A DNA stretch of 63,778 nucleotides, filler included, from Guillardia theta CCMP2712 (Eukaryota > Protista > Cryptophyta), in the NCBI RefSeq assembly GCF_000315625.1. It is 6 parts of 6 records of this genome, joined end to end, with 100 filler letters (N's around TTAATTAATTAA, not from the genome) between each part and the next. Parts side by side here need not be neighbours in the genome. Positions count along the whole stretch, not along the records: positions 49,796 to 62,342 come from NW_005434666.1; 5 more parts are not named here. One strand, written 5' to 3'. A model generated the notes under the pieces. The model was not told the origin of the DNA and did no database searches. It was given only the letters and a program-made list of their open reading frames with translations. Shown in pieces: positions 50,274 through 62,175 of this stretch. How positions within the stretch are numbered: position 1 is the stretch's first letter; each line of letters starts with the position of its first letter. The position numbers and the translations under genes are program-made.

Positions 50274-52420
50274 GATGATGATGATGATGAGGAGGAGGAG
50301 GAGGGAGGATGCAAAGTACCTCTCTGTCATCTCCTCGGGCAACAGGGCGAGATGTTGTTGTAGTTTGTCTCTCACGTTCTGCTGCTCAACTTCATGTCTC
50401 ATGAATTTCTCCAGCACCTGAAGCTGCGACTGCATCTTCTTCTCCATCGCCATCTTTTCCAGCCGCAGTCGTGCTGTCTCCACGTCGTAGGCTCGCTGAG
50501 CATTGAAGAGCTGCCGGTACAGGCAGGAGAGCTCCTCCTCCACCTTTCTCTGCCTCCTCTCCTGCTCCTCCAAACCTGTCTGCAGACTGACAATCTTCTG
50601 AGCTTGCAGCTGCTCGAAGTCTCGTGTCTGCAGCTCCTTCACCCCTCTCACGTGCCCGTCGACAGCCTCCACCAGCCTCTTGAACAGCTCCACGCACTTG
50701 TCCACCTGCTCCACACCATCAAACCTTGACTTCCTTTCTCCTGCTGCATCCTCCCCCCCCCCCCTCCCCCTTTTTCTTCCTCCCTCGCCTCTCTTCCTCC
50801 CTCGCCTCTCTTCCTCCCCTCCTCTCCCGGACCAGGCTTGTGTTTCTCAGCTCCATGTCATGGATCTCTCTCAATAGCATTTCGCCATCTCCGTTGCACT
50901 TTTCGATTCTCCGCAAGGTGTTCGCGTCCTGGCACAAGCCGTCAACGCGTCGCCTCCCCTCCCTCTCCTTCACTTCGTTTCTCATCTGTAAGATTTCCTG
51001 CAGCAGCTTCTTCGAGCGCGCCGCGTTCTCGTCCTGCAATACAACGAATAAAACGAAGGCGATGATGATGATGATGATGATGACGATGACGATGATGATG
51101 ATGATGACGATGACGATGATGATGACGATGATGATGATGACGACGACGACGACGACGATGGGGAGGAGGATGGTGAGGGAAGGGAGAAATGGGGGGTAAG
51201 GGTGAGGTTGGATGGAAGGAGGGTGAGGCAAGTACCGGGTACGATCGTTTCTCTAGCTCGATGAAGGTTTCACTGATCGCAGTCTGCTGTCTCTCTATCT
51301 CCCTCTGTCAGTCAGCAGAGTCACGAGAAGTCCCAGGGAACTTCATCAACACACCACAAGCTGAGCAACAGGAGGAGGAGGCTCATCTGAAACGACTCGT
51401 TGCGGCGCCTCCAAGTTCCACGAGCTTGTCTCTGCTACCTCCTCGTCTCTTGTTTGTGACGCTGTAGCGAGAACTTGGACGGGGTCGGCGAGCTGCGAAT
51501 TTTCTGTTTTCTTCTTCAGCCTGAGGCTCAACGTCAGCACACGCTCGTCCATTCCGATGCGCCGCCGTCGCTGACCTGGGCGGGGACATACGCGAGATCT
51601 CCTGGATGTTGTTGTTGTTGATGGTGGTTCCTAAGAAGGAGCAGAACCTGACAGCTTGGATGGAATACACCACTCCTTCCCTGCTGCTATGTCACAGTGA
51701 AAAATGGGCAGCAGCTCAAGCTCACTTCACTTCTTTCGCCGTCGCATCTCTTCTGCACATCTCCCTCCTCCCGTGAGCGTCGGAAAGAGGAAAGGGCCGG
51801 AGCAGGTCAACCGTGACGCAGCTTCCTCGCTGTCCTACCAGCAGTCGCTCCACATCCAGCAGGCTTGTGTCCTCCTCCACCTCAAACTCTCCTACTCCTA
51901 CGATCGCGTCGCCGCTCGCGATCTTTCGCGTCAGCTCCGCCATTTCTCTTCCTCGCGGGGTCAAGTCGACCACCACAGGTCGTCGTCCCTCGAGCTTGAC
52001 GAGCGTCACTCCGACGCTCGCCTGCGACCCCTCGTGCTTGTTTTCGCTCTTTTCATAGTCCGGCAGCACAAGCCCCTCCTCCTGCCGCGGTCTGAACGAG
52101 CTGCCCCATCGCTCGTCCGTCACGTGAGATGGTCGATGTCGCTGGGGAAACACTCGCTTGGCCTTGTCTTGCTCCTCAAACGACGGAGCTGCAAACCCTC
52201 GCAGCGACGAGCTCCCGCCATTGACCGTCGACTGCATCCCCTCCAACCATTCTAGCGCTCCTCCCTCCTTGGGAATCGACAAGTCGTCGTCAAGGGATCG
52301 CAGCATCGCCCTCCCACCAGGTGTCGGTTGGGAGTCGCGTCACCTCTCCGCTCGTGTTGCGTGGGAGGCGCTACGACACTGTAGGCCGTCGGAGGTCGAA
52401 CGGGAGGGGAAGGCATCCTA
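49990..52420 (-). CDS. PDZ-domain plus long coiled-coil protein
   Basis: PDZ-like VGVTLVKLEGRRPVVVDLTPRG..IASGDAIVGV..LLVGQRGSCVTVDLLR; heptad-rich exons at ~50000-51450. Confidence 0.6.
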
Positions 52421-53069
52421 GGACCATCCAAGTCAGTAGGCCATCAACACCCAACTCCCTTCCCTCCCCTCGCCTCCTCTCTCTCCCTGTCCCTCCCCTC
52501 GCCTCCTCTCTCCCCCTGTCCCTCCCCTCGCCTCCTCTCTCTCCCTGTCCCTCCCCTCGCCTCCTCTCTCCTCCCGTCCCGTCCCCTTCGCTTCTCATCG
52601 CTTCCCCTCCCTCTCCGACCTTGATCTCCAACAGTCGCAGAAAAGCTGTAGCAGAAGGTATAGGGGGGAGGGAGGAGGATTCTATAGGAAGGGTAATAGT
52701 AAAAGGGGGGAGGGTGGGATGGAGCCCTCTCGGAGCTCTGAGGCGACGATTTACTGCCCGACAGAGATTGTTCAGAAGGGGAGCCGGAACAGAAAGTACC
52801 ATTGGGAGAGAGGGAGGGGGAGGGAGAGAGGGGAGGGGAGGGAGGGGAGGGGAGGGAGGGAGAGAGGGGAGGGGAGGGGAAGGAAGAGGCAGGGGAGGGA
52901 GAGGTAGGGGACGGGGATGGTAAGGGGAGGAGATGGAGGAGCAAGACATTCAGAAGGATAGAGGGCGGCAAGAGTTTACAAGGTGTGTGTGTGTGAAGGC
53001 AGAAGCATACACTCTTGCAGAACTTTCCCACAGCAGTAATTGTTGACGGGCGTTCTGCTTCCCTTTCAT

Positions 53070-54499
53070 TCATTCTCTAAAATCCATTCTCAAACTTCTC
53101 CCCTGAGAAGTTGCAAGCATCGAATCCCTCTGCACAGGAATCTGCACCAGTAGAATGAGCACAGCAGCGACATGTTCCCTCTCAACATGCAAGCTCGCAC
53201 ACCGCACCTGCACATGATGATGTCTCCCATCTACTCTGAACCTCGAGCTCAATGTACTGGTGTCTTGAGAGCCTCCATCTGCACAGACCTCAAGTGAGTG
53301 AGCGAAGCTGTCGACCTTCTCGTGTCACCGGAGCTCGGCCATGGGCCCATGGTAGCTCGATCTTGGATGCTCACCGAGAGGATCTCTTCTTCAGCGGACA
53401 GATCGAACTCAATCTCGTCCATCGAGACTGCGAACCTGTGCAGCAGCTCCTGAGGGAACCGGTTGACCTGAAGCTGCGGAGCAACACCAGGAGACGTCAA
53501 TCTCGTTTCTGTTCTCCGACAACTTCTCACCGGTCTGTGATCGAGCCACACGTTGGCGAGGAATGTCACTCTTCGTTGCCACATCTCGGGCTGGCTGCGA
53601 CTCCATTACTCTGAGAGGCAGCACCAGGCGTGTTGGCAAGCATCACTCACATGAATCCAGTCAACGCCCCATGCAGCAGCCGTCCATCGAACGCGATGCT
53701 CTTACCTGCATCTAGGTGACGACTCGAGCTGGCAATGCAGAGTCAACTGACCGACAGAGGGGTAGGAGAGGAAGCCATGGCTAATCGACCCGTAGCACCC
53801 CTCAACATCTTCAGCTTGCTTCGGTGCTGCCTTGTTGAGAACCACCGTGGGAGCTCCGTAGTTCGTGAGGTATGTCACCGTCCCCACATAGGGAGTCATG
53901 TGAGTTCCAATCGTATTCACCAACTCTTCGTCTTTGTCCCAATGCAAGGTGATGTCTTCCCCCATCACCCCTGGTTCTGCTTCACCGTCTCCCCCAAGCC
54001 GCATTTGCACCCACCACTCTACACCGCTTCTGCTCGCATCGAATTCAACTTGTTGTGTGAAGTGCATGAAGATCTGTTGGGCCATCTTCTCAAGAGAGCA
54101 TCTTGGTTTATCCGATGCGCCAAGCCAGAAGGTGGAGCCGCACTCCAAGTTGAAGGCTTTATCACAATCCCGAATGACCCTCTCCTTGGTGTCCTCGTCA
54201 AGTTTCAATGCACCCTGACACGATCGAAACTGCCTTGTCCATGTAGGCGAGTCTTTGGTGAGAGGAGGCATAACAAGTTGGTGGTATGAAGTGTCGAGCT
54301 CGTCTCTCACTCTCACCATCTCGACGTCCTTGTTACATCTTGATCTACGTGCTACTCGCAGATTTCGTGACAAGCTAACAAGACGGGGTCTGTTCGCTGT
54401 AAACCCCTCCAGAGGAGACGACTGACAGCATAGAGGCGGAGTAACAAAGGAATGCGCAATCTCAGACGAGAGGATGACGGCCGTGGCTAGTCTCAACAT
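53070..54499 (-). CDS. Putative plastid-targeted 2OG-Fe(II) oxygenase-like protein
   Basis: Signal peptide ending AHS-F. GVEWWVQ, LHWDKDE (HxD), TVTYL, KHIAFDGRLLHG, RVTFLANVW. Confidence 0.75.
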
Positions 54500-54825
54500 G
54501 CTCCTTCCCTCCCTTCGCCGCTCCTCCTCCCACCGCATTGTCGTGAGAAATTCTAGAAATCCCACAGGGGTCTACTGAGGGTGGGGTAGTGATGATTTAT
54601 GCTTATACCCGTTTATAGTCAGGGTTTTTTGGGGGTAGGGGTATTCAGAAAGAGGGTAGGGGTCCCTATAGAGTAAAGCAGGAAAAAAAAAAAGGAGCCC
54701 CCTACCCGTACCCACCTCAAGAGATAATCCTATGACCATGCTAGAACCTCAAAGCTGTAGGGTCAGAGTGGGTATGAGGGCAAGATTCGTACGAAGGGGG
54801 ACGAGGCCCCGTCGGAAGGGCTGCA

Positions 54826-55990
54826 ATGGCTCAGTGGCTGCGAGTGGCGATGCTGGCGAGCTTGCTGGGAGGNNNNNNNNNNNNNNNNNNNNNNNNNNNN
54901 NNNNNNNNNNNNNNNNNNNNNNNNNNNNNNNNNNNNNNNNNNNNNNNNNNNNNNNNNNNNNNNNNNNNNNNNNNNNNNNNNNNNNNNNNNNNNNNNNNNN
55001 NNNNNNNNNNNNNNNNNNNNNNNNNNNNNNNNNNNNNNNNNNNNNNNNNNNNNNNNNNNNNNNNNNNNNNNNNNNNNNNNNNNNNNNNNNNNNNNNNNNN
55101 NNNNNNNNNNNNNNNNNNNNNNNNNNNNNNNNNNNNNNNNNNNNNNNNNNNNNNNNNNNNNNNNNNNNNNNNNNNNNNNNNNNNNNNNNNNNNNNNNNNN
55201 NNNNNNNNNNNNNNNNNNNNNNNNNNNNNNNNNNNNNNNNNNNNNNNNNNNNNNNNNNNNNNNNNNNNNNNNNNNNNNNNNNNNNNNNNNNNNNNNNNNN
55301 NNNNNNNNNNNNNNNNNNNNNNNNNNNNNNNNNNNNNNNNNNNNNNNNNNNNNNNNNNNNNNNNNNNNNNNNNNNNNNNNNNNNNNNNNNNNNNNNNNNN
55401 NNNNNNNNNNNNNNNNNNNNNNNNNNNNNNNNNNNNNNNNNNNNNNNNNNNTAGATCAGGAGGAGGGGGAGGAGAGGAAGGGATTGAGGGATAGATGGGT
55501 AGGGCTAACGGCTGTCGTATCAGTCTGTATGCATCTGGATTGGATGCTTCTGCTCCTGCAAGGAGACCGTCGGCAAGTAGATTGGCCGGGGCAACTGGGA
55601 TCTCTCCATCTGTAACTCACCTTTCTTTTCTCCTGCCTTGCTCATTCTGACTTGCGCAGTCACCCGAAGACAAGAACTTGAAGCCTGAGGGTCCCTGGAA
55701 GCGTCTTCGCGTTCCCTTTGACTTGCAGACCTCCAGGTGACTCCATCTGTGCTCGAGAGTCGCAGGGGAGGTGACGAACCACAGGATCATCAGGTGGTTT
55801 GCGTTGGGTCTTCATGTCTGGGGTTACCTCGCCGGCCACGTCGCCTCCTTCACCATCCTCTCTCCGGTGACTAGATCCCCGGCTCCTCTCGCCTCCTCAT
55901 GCTCCCCAGGCGCTGCCGATCACAGGCAAGGTGCCCTACACGATTCATCTACCTAACAGGAAAGGAGGTTCATGACAGAAACTGATGCTT
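54826..55990 (+). CDS. Hypothetical secreted/membrane protein, interrupted by gap
   Basis: Signal-like MAQWLRVAMLASLLG. Later exon-like segments PEDKNLKPEGPWKRLRVPFDLQT and WFALGLHVWGYLAGHVASFTILSP. Confidence 0.4.
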
Positions 55991-56004
55991 TCATTCCCTC
56001 GGGC

Positions 56005-57806
56005 TCAAGCCGCTAGCTTCCTCGGCAAGATGTTGCTCACGTGCACGCCGTCGTCTACGTCGCCGTCGTCGAACTCAACGCGATACAGCTGGTCGGCATG
56101 GCAGGCGCCGATCACTCCATCGAAGAATTCCTCAGACCCTTGAAACCTAGATGTGACATGTAACTGACATGTAACGACACGCGTCATCGGCTTGCTCTCA
56201 CCTCGCCACCACTCGGTCGCCGGTGGAGAAGGAGGAGGGTTTGAGGATCACGTGACTCGCCGCCACCTGCTCGTCCTCGTCCCCGTCGTCGAACTTGACG
56301 TGGAAGCGTCCGTTGGCGTGCATGGCGTGAATAACTCCATCGAAGAACTCCTCCGAGCCTTCAAACCTTCACTCCAGTCAGATCAAACCTCAGCCTCCAA
56401 CTCCCACCGGGCAAGAACTTTGTCACCAACTGAAAAACCTTTCAGAGAAGGAGCACCTAAAAACGTTTTCAGAGAACCACTACAACCAACACGATGATCC
56501 GACCAGAGCAGATGACATCACCACAAAACGATCCCTCTGACACGTCACATGGCGACGACCCTCCAGATGAAAGCAAATCCTGTTGCTCAGCAGATTCCTG
56601 GGGGAGATCGATCCGCTCCAGCAGCCCTCCGAGCTCCTCTGCCAGCCCGTCTGGACCGCTTCCCTCCCCGGCCTCTGCTGCCCGCTGGTGCGCTGCCCTG
56701 GCTCCCGCCAGGTCGCCCTTCTCCAGCAGCTCCTCAGCCTCCTTGAGCGCGCGTGACGCCTCCTCCGTCCTTCTCGCCGCCTCCTCCTTCCCCTCGATCC
56801 GCTCCAGCAGCCCTCCGAGCTCCTCTGCCAGCCCGTCTTGCCCGCTTCCCTCCCCGGCCTCTGCTGCCCGCTGGTGCGCTGCCCTGGCTCCCGCCAGGTC
56901 GCCCTTCTCCAGCAGCTCTTCAGCCTCCTTGAGCGCGCGTGACGCCTCCTCCGTCCTTCTCGCCGCCTCCTCCTTCCCCTCGATCCGCTCCAGCAGCCCT
57001 CCGAGCTCCTCTGCCAGCCCGTCTTGACCGCTTCCCTCCCCGGCCTCTGCTGCCCGCTGGTGCGCTGCCCTGGCTCCCGCCAGGTCGCCCTTCTCCAGCA
57101 GCTCTTCAGCCTCCTTGAGCGCGCGTGACGCCTCCTCCGTCCTTCTCGCCGCCTCCTCCTTCCCCTCGATCCGCTCCAGCAGCCCTCCGAGCTCCTCTGC
57201 CAGCCCGTCTGGACCGCTTCCCTCCCCGGCCTCTGCTGCCCGCTGGTGCGCTGCCCTGGCTCCCGCCAGGTCGCCCTTCTCCAGCAGCTCTTCAGCCTCC
57301 TTGAGCGCGCGTGACGCCTCCTCCGTCCTTCTCGCCGCCTCCTCCTTCCCCTCGATCCGCTCCAGCAGCCCTCCGAGCTCCTCTGCCAGCCCGTCTGGAC
57401 CGCTTCCCTCCCCGGCCTCTGCTGCCCGCTGGTGCACTGCCCTGGCTCCTGCGGGGTCAGGTTTTTTCAGCTGGTTTTTGGCCTTGTTGACGTCGTGTTG
57501 TGCTATGTTTTGGATGGATGAGATTTCAATAACCTCTTTTTCGTTTGGATCGCTTTCCTCCAAGGTTATGAAGTACATTCCTCCTTTTCTTCTAAGTGAT
57601 TGGAGGATATCTTTCTTTTTGCATTCTGCGGGCATATCATCTCCAATGTTTGGTCGTATTGTTATCCAGAAGGGCCATGTTCCCGTGAAAGAGAAGGAAT
57701 GGATAGTTGGCTGGGGTCCAAGCATTCTGCACTTGACCTCGTGATGAATGTAAGCGCTGAGAATACTCTTCCATAATTCTTGATATTCGATGGAGGATCC
57801 GAACAT
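56005..57806 (-). CDS. Protein with ~4.5 62-aa helical (TPR-like) repeats and two C-terminal Tudor-like domains
   Basis: 186-bp tandem unit. Exons RFEGSEEFFDGVIHAMHANGRFHVKFDDGDED and RFQGSEEFFDGVIGACHADQLYRVEFDDGDVD. Confidence 0.7.
56608..57450 (-). repeat. Coding tandem repeat, 186-bp unit, near-identical copies
   Basis: Unit starts at 56608, 56794, 56980, 57166 and 57352. Confidence 0.97.
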
Positions 57807-57974
57807 GTTCGATAGAACTTCGAGCCACTTCTACCTGTTTGAAAGAGAAAAGTGAGGAACAAGATCAGAATGAAATACAGCAAGTCGTTGTTTGCACCGA
57901 ACCAGTTCTCGTGGCATTTACGGTAAGTGTTCTAGCTTCAGAGATCCCTTTCTAGATTCGCTGATTCGTTCTCT

Positions 57975-58078
57975 TCCTCTTCCTTCATCGGAGATCTCTA
58001 GATCATCCTCCTCTTCCTTCATCGGAGATCTCTAGATCATCCTCCTCTTCCTTCATCGGAGATCCTTCCTTCTTCCTT
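57975..58078 (+). repeat. Short tandem repeat, ~34-bp unit TTCCTTCATCGGAGATCTCTAGATCATCCTCCTC
   Basis: About 2.5 copies, read directly. Confidence 0.85.
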
Positions 58079-58720
58079 CACCCTCCCCCTTCATCTTTTC
58101 TTGCTACTTGCATGCTGTGTACACTGGGATCCCCGACCGAAGATTTCTCCCATTTCAGCTTTGTTCCCACTTATTTCAATAATCACTCAAAAGTTTTTTG
58201 AGGTTTTAAAATATGGTCATAATAATTTCTGATTGACTTAATGCTGATACCCTCGACCAAAATTGTCATAATATTGTTCTATTTCAGGCACATTTTCGGC
58301 TAACAAAGTTTTGACCACCCCTACCCCACCAATCCTCTGCCAGTACCCCCACACATTCATTCCTCTCGGCCTCCGGCGACTGTCACTACTCCGGAAGTCG
58401 TACGGTTCAGTCGGAAGCTGCCGGGCCCGGGCCGGGGCCCGATCGGACTTGATTGCCGGGCCCGACCGCTGAGACCGTGACCCGGTCCATCAGTGCGGCC
58501 GCCGTCAGTGGGCCGGCACCAAGGCAACGAGTGAGAAGCCAAGTAAAGGCCTGCGGAGTGCGGTTCTGTGACTGTGAAGAGAACCGTGGTGAAGACATCG
58601 GACATATTTCTACAGCAACAGAGCATAGTTCATACTGTTACAACCCTCCATCACTTTCCTGCCTCGCGGTCGTCAGGGTAGCGATACTTCATCCTCATCC
58701 TCTCCTTGTTCATCGGCATT

Positions 58721-60063
58721 TCAACTTCGCCTGCCAGCACCCCCGTCAGCTCTTTTCTCTCCCCAAAGGTCCCTGAACCTCCTCCAGGGAACGAAGGCGT
58801 TGGGATCCAGTCCATGCGTCTCAGCGGCGCTCCCTTCTCCCACGCCTGCGCATAGCTCAGCTGCTGGTAACCGAGGAGGAAGACTCACCGGCATCCACGG
58901 ATACCATTGCATGAGGCCGTGCTGTGGGGCTCCGCGCCTCCTGCCTTCAGCGACGGAAGGATACGCCATGCTTGCGGCCGGGTGCTTCTTGAGGAAGCGA
59001 TCAATGCCGTTGATGTCGTACATGAGCCCTCCTGAGAAGTTTCGCTGGTACTCCGAGCACATCAGCCCATAGGCCTTGGACTTGCTTGACATGCTTCGAT
59101 TCTTGTCGACCATCTGACTGATTATCAATCCTGCCCTCGGCTCCCTCTCTCTCTACCTTGCTGTCGACTTGCTTGTGCTCATGCGCCCAGTCAGCTCCCT
59201 CAGGCCGATGTCCTTCCGTCCATCGCATGTTGTGCTCACCTCGATGCTAACTCCGGTCAGCCAACAACTTGGCGGCCTCGAAGGCTTCACCACAAAGTCG
59301 ACGCGGAGCAGATGTCCCCGGAGCTTGCAGGACTTGCTCTTGCAGTACTTCACCACCCTGCCGTCCCTCCTTCACCTCCGAGTCGTTGCCCCGCATCCGC
59401 CTCACCTTCCCGCCAGCTTCGCGTCCCTCGTCACCAACAAGCAGAAATTTGACTCGCGAGGTCGCTCAAACCAGAAAAGCTTGGATGCCGCCGCCTGAGA
59501 CTTGTGAGAATGACGCAGCTTGAGCCAAGGTGAGAGAGAAACCGCTTGAGGGTCAGACAAGATGATCTCTTGTTTGTTGAGCCCCAACATCTCCTTCAGT
59601 TCGTTCATGTCTGAGACATGTCAGGCAGACTTATCAAAGCTTCTTCTGACTTACCGGCATCTTTGGACAAGTTTCCCACGTAAACTTTCACCTCCGTGTC
59701 GCCATGATATTTCTCGATGTAGTTGCTGCCAGCCAGCTGCCCCTGCTTGAGTCCCCGCCCCATGTGAAAGGCTTTGCACATCATCGTCATTACGAGGCAC
59801 CTCAGCAGCAGCTGCTTCACCTCCCCACACGTCGTCCATCCTCGCATCAATGTCAATCTCTGTGCGATGCTGCGTGTGTCCTAATCGTTGGGTGCGGTCG
59901 AAGGGTTGACGAGGGTCCTTCTTGTCCGCCTCAGCCCGTCGCGTCCTCATTCCCACCGCTGCTTCTCCGTGATGCGCCGCTCGATCGAAGAAACGCTGGA
60001 CATGAAAGGCTTGAGGGACGTTCATGGCCGGGACCTAGCGAACAGCTTCCATCAGCGCAGTCG

Positions 60064-60143
<80 letters not shown>

Positions 60144-60660
60144 CCCCGACCCTTCTTTCCTCCCTGTTCCTGCTCCTGCCCCTATCCCTCCCTCCCTCCC
60201 TCCCTCCCTCCTTCCCTCCCTCTCTTAACCGTCGCTGGTCTTGGCTCCCCCAGCTTCTTCTGTTCGAGCTCGCGCATCTCGCGGATGAACGCTTGGTGGG
60301 CGTTGCCAACCTGCAGCGTGGGATGAGCGATCGTAAGGGAGGGCTCGGGCAACCCTGTGAGCATTTCCCACGAGCTCAGGTGCCTTCTCTCTCGGCAGCT
60401 CCTCATGCTTTCGACGTGCTCGTTGGACGGCGCCAGCCAAGACTTGCCCGGACGACCTGCTGTAGCTGTCAGACGCTGCTCGAGCTCGAAGGCTCCGACC
60501 GGTTGACTTGTCTCTCCGGTGGAGGTTTCCAGACTCCCTTGCAGTGCAGTGGATCACAGTTGACAACTTTAGCCTCCCTCGCCCAAGCATGTCGCACTCG
60601 CCCGTACACATCGCGCTTGACCAGGTTGGTACACTTTTCCCCCTGAGGAGCATTGACCAT
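58721..60660 (-). CDS. Multi-exon hypothetical protein with RRM-like segment
   Basis: RNP2-like VKVYVGNLSKDA ... KLRGHLLRVDF. Exon chain from MVNAPQGEKCTNLVKRDVYGRVRHAW. Confidence 0.5.
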
Positions 60661-60761
60661 CTGAGGTGAAGCATCAGATCGAGGTACAGATGATCTGATA
60701 GATCTCGATGATTGCATGATACACGGGAGGATCAAGATCGAGCAACAGGACTCGGTGACGA

Positions 60762-60888
60762 GTGGCGACACAAGCGAGGAAGAGCAGATGGAAAGGGAGA
60801 GAGTGGCGACACAAGCGAGGAAGAGCAGATGGAAAGGGAGAGAGTGGCGACACAAGCGAGGAAGAGCAGATGGAAAGGGAGAGAGTGG
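60762..60888 (+). repeat. 41-bp tandem repeat x3
   Basis: GTGGCGACACAAGCGAGGAAGAGCAGATGGAAAGGGAGAGA at 60762, 60803 and 60844. Confidence 0.95.
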
Positions 60889-61299
60889 TGGCACTGGAGG
60901 CAACGTGATCAAGGATCAATGGGAATAAACGAAGATAACGAAAAATGAGATGGGGCCAGCTCTTGTCACATCAAAGACAGAGGCAAAAAGTACGAGCGAG
61001 GGAAGCTTTTAACTGTATGACGGTGGTCTACGTTTGTGATCTATGCAGCAAACAGCAAATGAACCAAGGTGGTGGTTGAACTTTGGAATGGGGAGGCAGC
61101 AAACAGAAGGGAAGAGCAAGGCTTAGTCATGGAAGAGAATGCGGAGGAAGATACTCTGATAGGGGTAAGGATAACGAAGAGACTCTGATAGGAGACAAAG
61201 GAAACTCCCGATGCGGTTCAAGCACAAGCAAGCAGCAAGTACGAAGGAGGGAGCAGCAGCCGTTGAAATCCATCGTGGCACCCTGCGTGGCACCGGGTT

Positions 61300-62175
61300 A
61301 TTAGAGAGGGCCCGGCGCATACGGTAGTACTCGGCCCGGGCGCGGCGCCCGGCGGCGCGCCGCCGGGCCGGTGACCCGGCGAGGTACGGTGACCGTGGCG
61401 ACGGATCACATGGATCTTATATAGAGCCCAGACTTGCCGAGCCCAAAAACTGAGAAATTGTAACTGTTCTGGAACGGTACGGTACTCCATTCCGACTATT
61501 CGATGGAATGACCAGAGGAAGCATCCTCGGGGCGGACAATACCCCTGGTTATCTGTATATAAGCATGGGGTCTTGTCTTCTTCTCTCTCTCTCTCTCTCC
61601 TTCTCTTCTCCCTCTTTCTTTTCTCCTCATTCTCTCTCTCTTCTCTCTTCCTTTCTCACTATCTCTTAATCTTTTTCTTTCTCCTATCCTTTCACTGGCA
61701 GTCTCTGTTATCTTCCTATCCTTGCTCTGCTTATAAATACTCTTATCTCAGAAGTCAATTACCTACCTGCTCTAACTTCGCTACTGCGGCATACAATCCA
61801 TCATCACCGTACCGTACAGTACCGTACGGTACAGGCTGTGACTCGGCGTGATCGGACTGAGCACTAGCGGCACGGTCCGATCATCGAGGCTCCGGCGAGC
61901 CGCTCACGGGCCCAGGCCGGGCCCCCGGGCGGCTGCCGCTGAGCCACGGTGGGCCGGCGACAACTGCCGCACTGAGCCCGGCGGTGACGGGCCCGACCGT
62001 CCGGTCCGACTCCTCCGGAGTCCGAGGGCACTGCGGCACGGCCGGGCCGGGGCCCTCAGGCCCCCGGGCCGGCCCCCGGCGTCACGCGTACGGTCCGACC
62101 GTGATGATCCGGCCGGGCCCGCCGGGCCCGGCCGCCCGGCCCCGGAGGGGCCGATCGCTTCCTAGAGTCTGAGTG
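61300..62175. other. Two CCGG-rich GC islands (61300-61410, 61805-62175) with GTAC clusters
   Basis: Composition and word set; CGTACCGTACAGTACCGTACGGTAC at ~61808. Confidence 0.6.

Noticed and set aside
60762-60888. 41-bp repeat as CRISPR
   Set aside because: Head-to-tail copies with no spacers.
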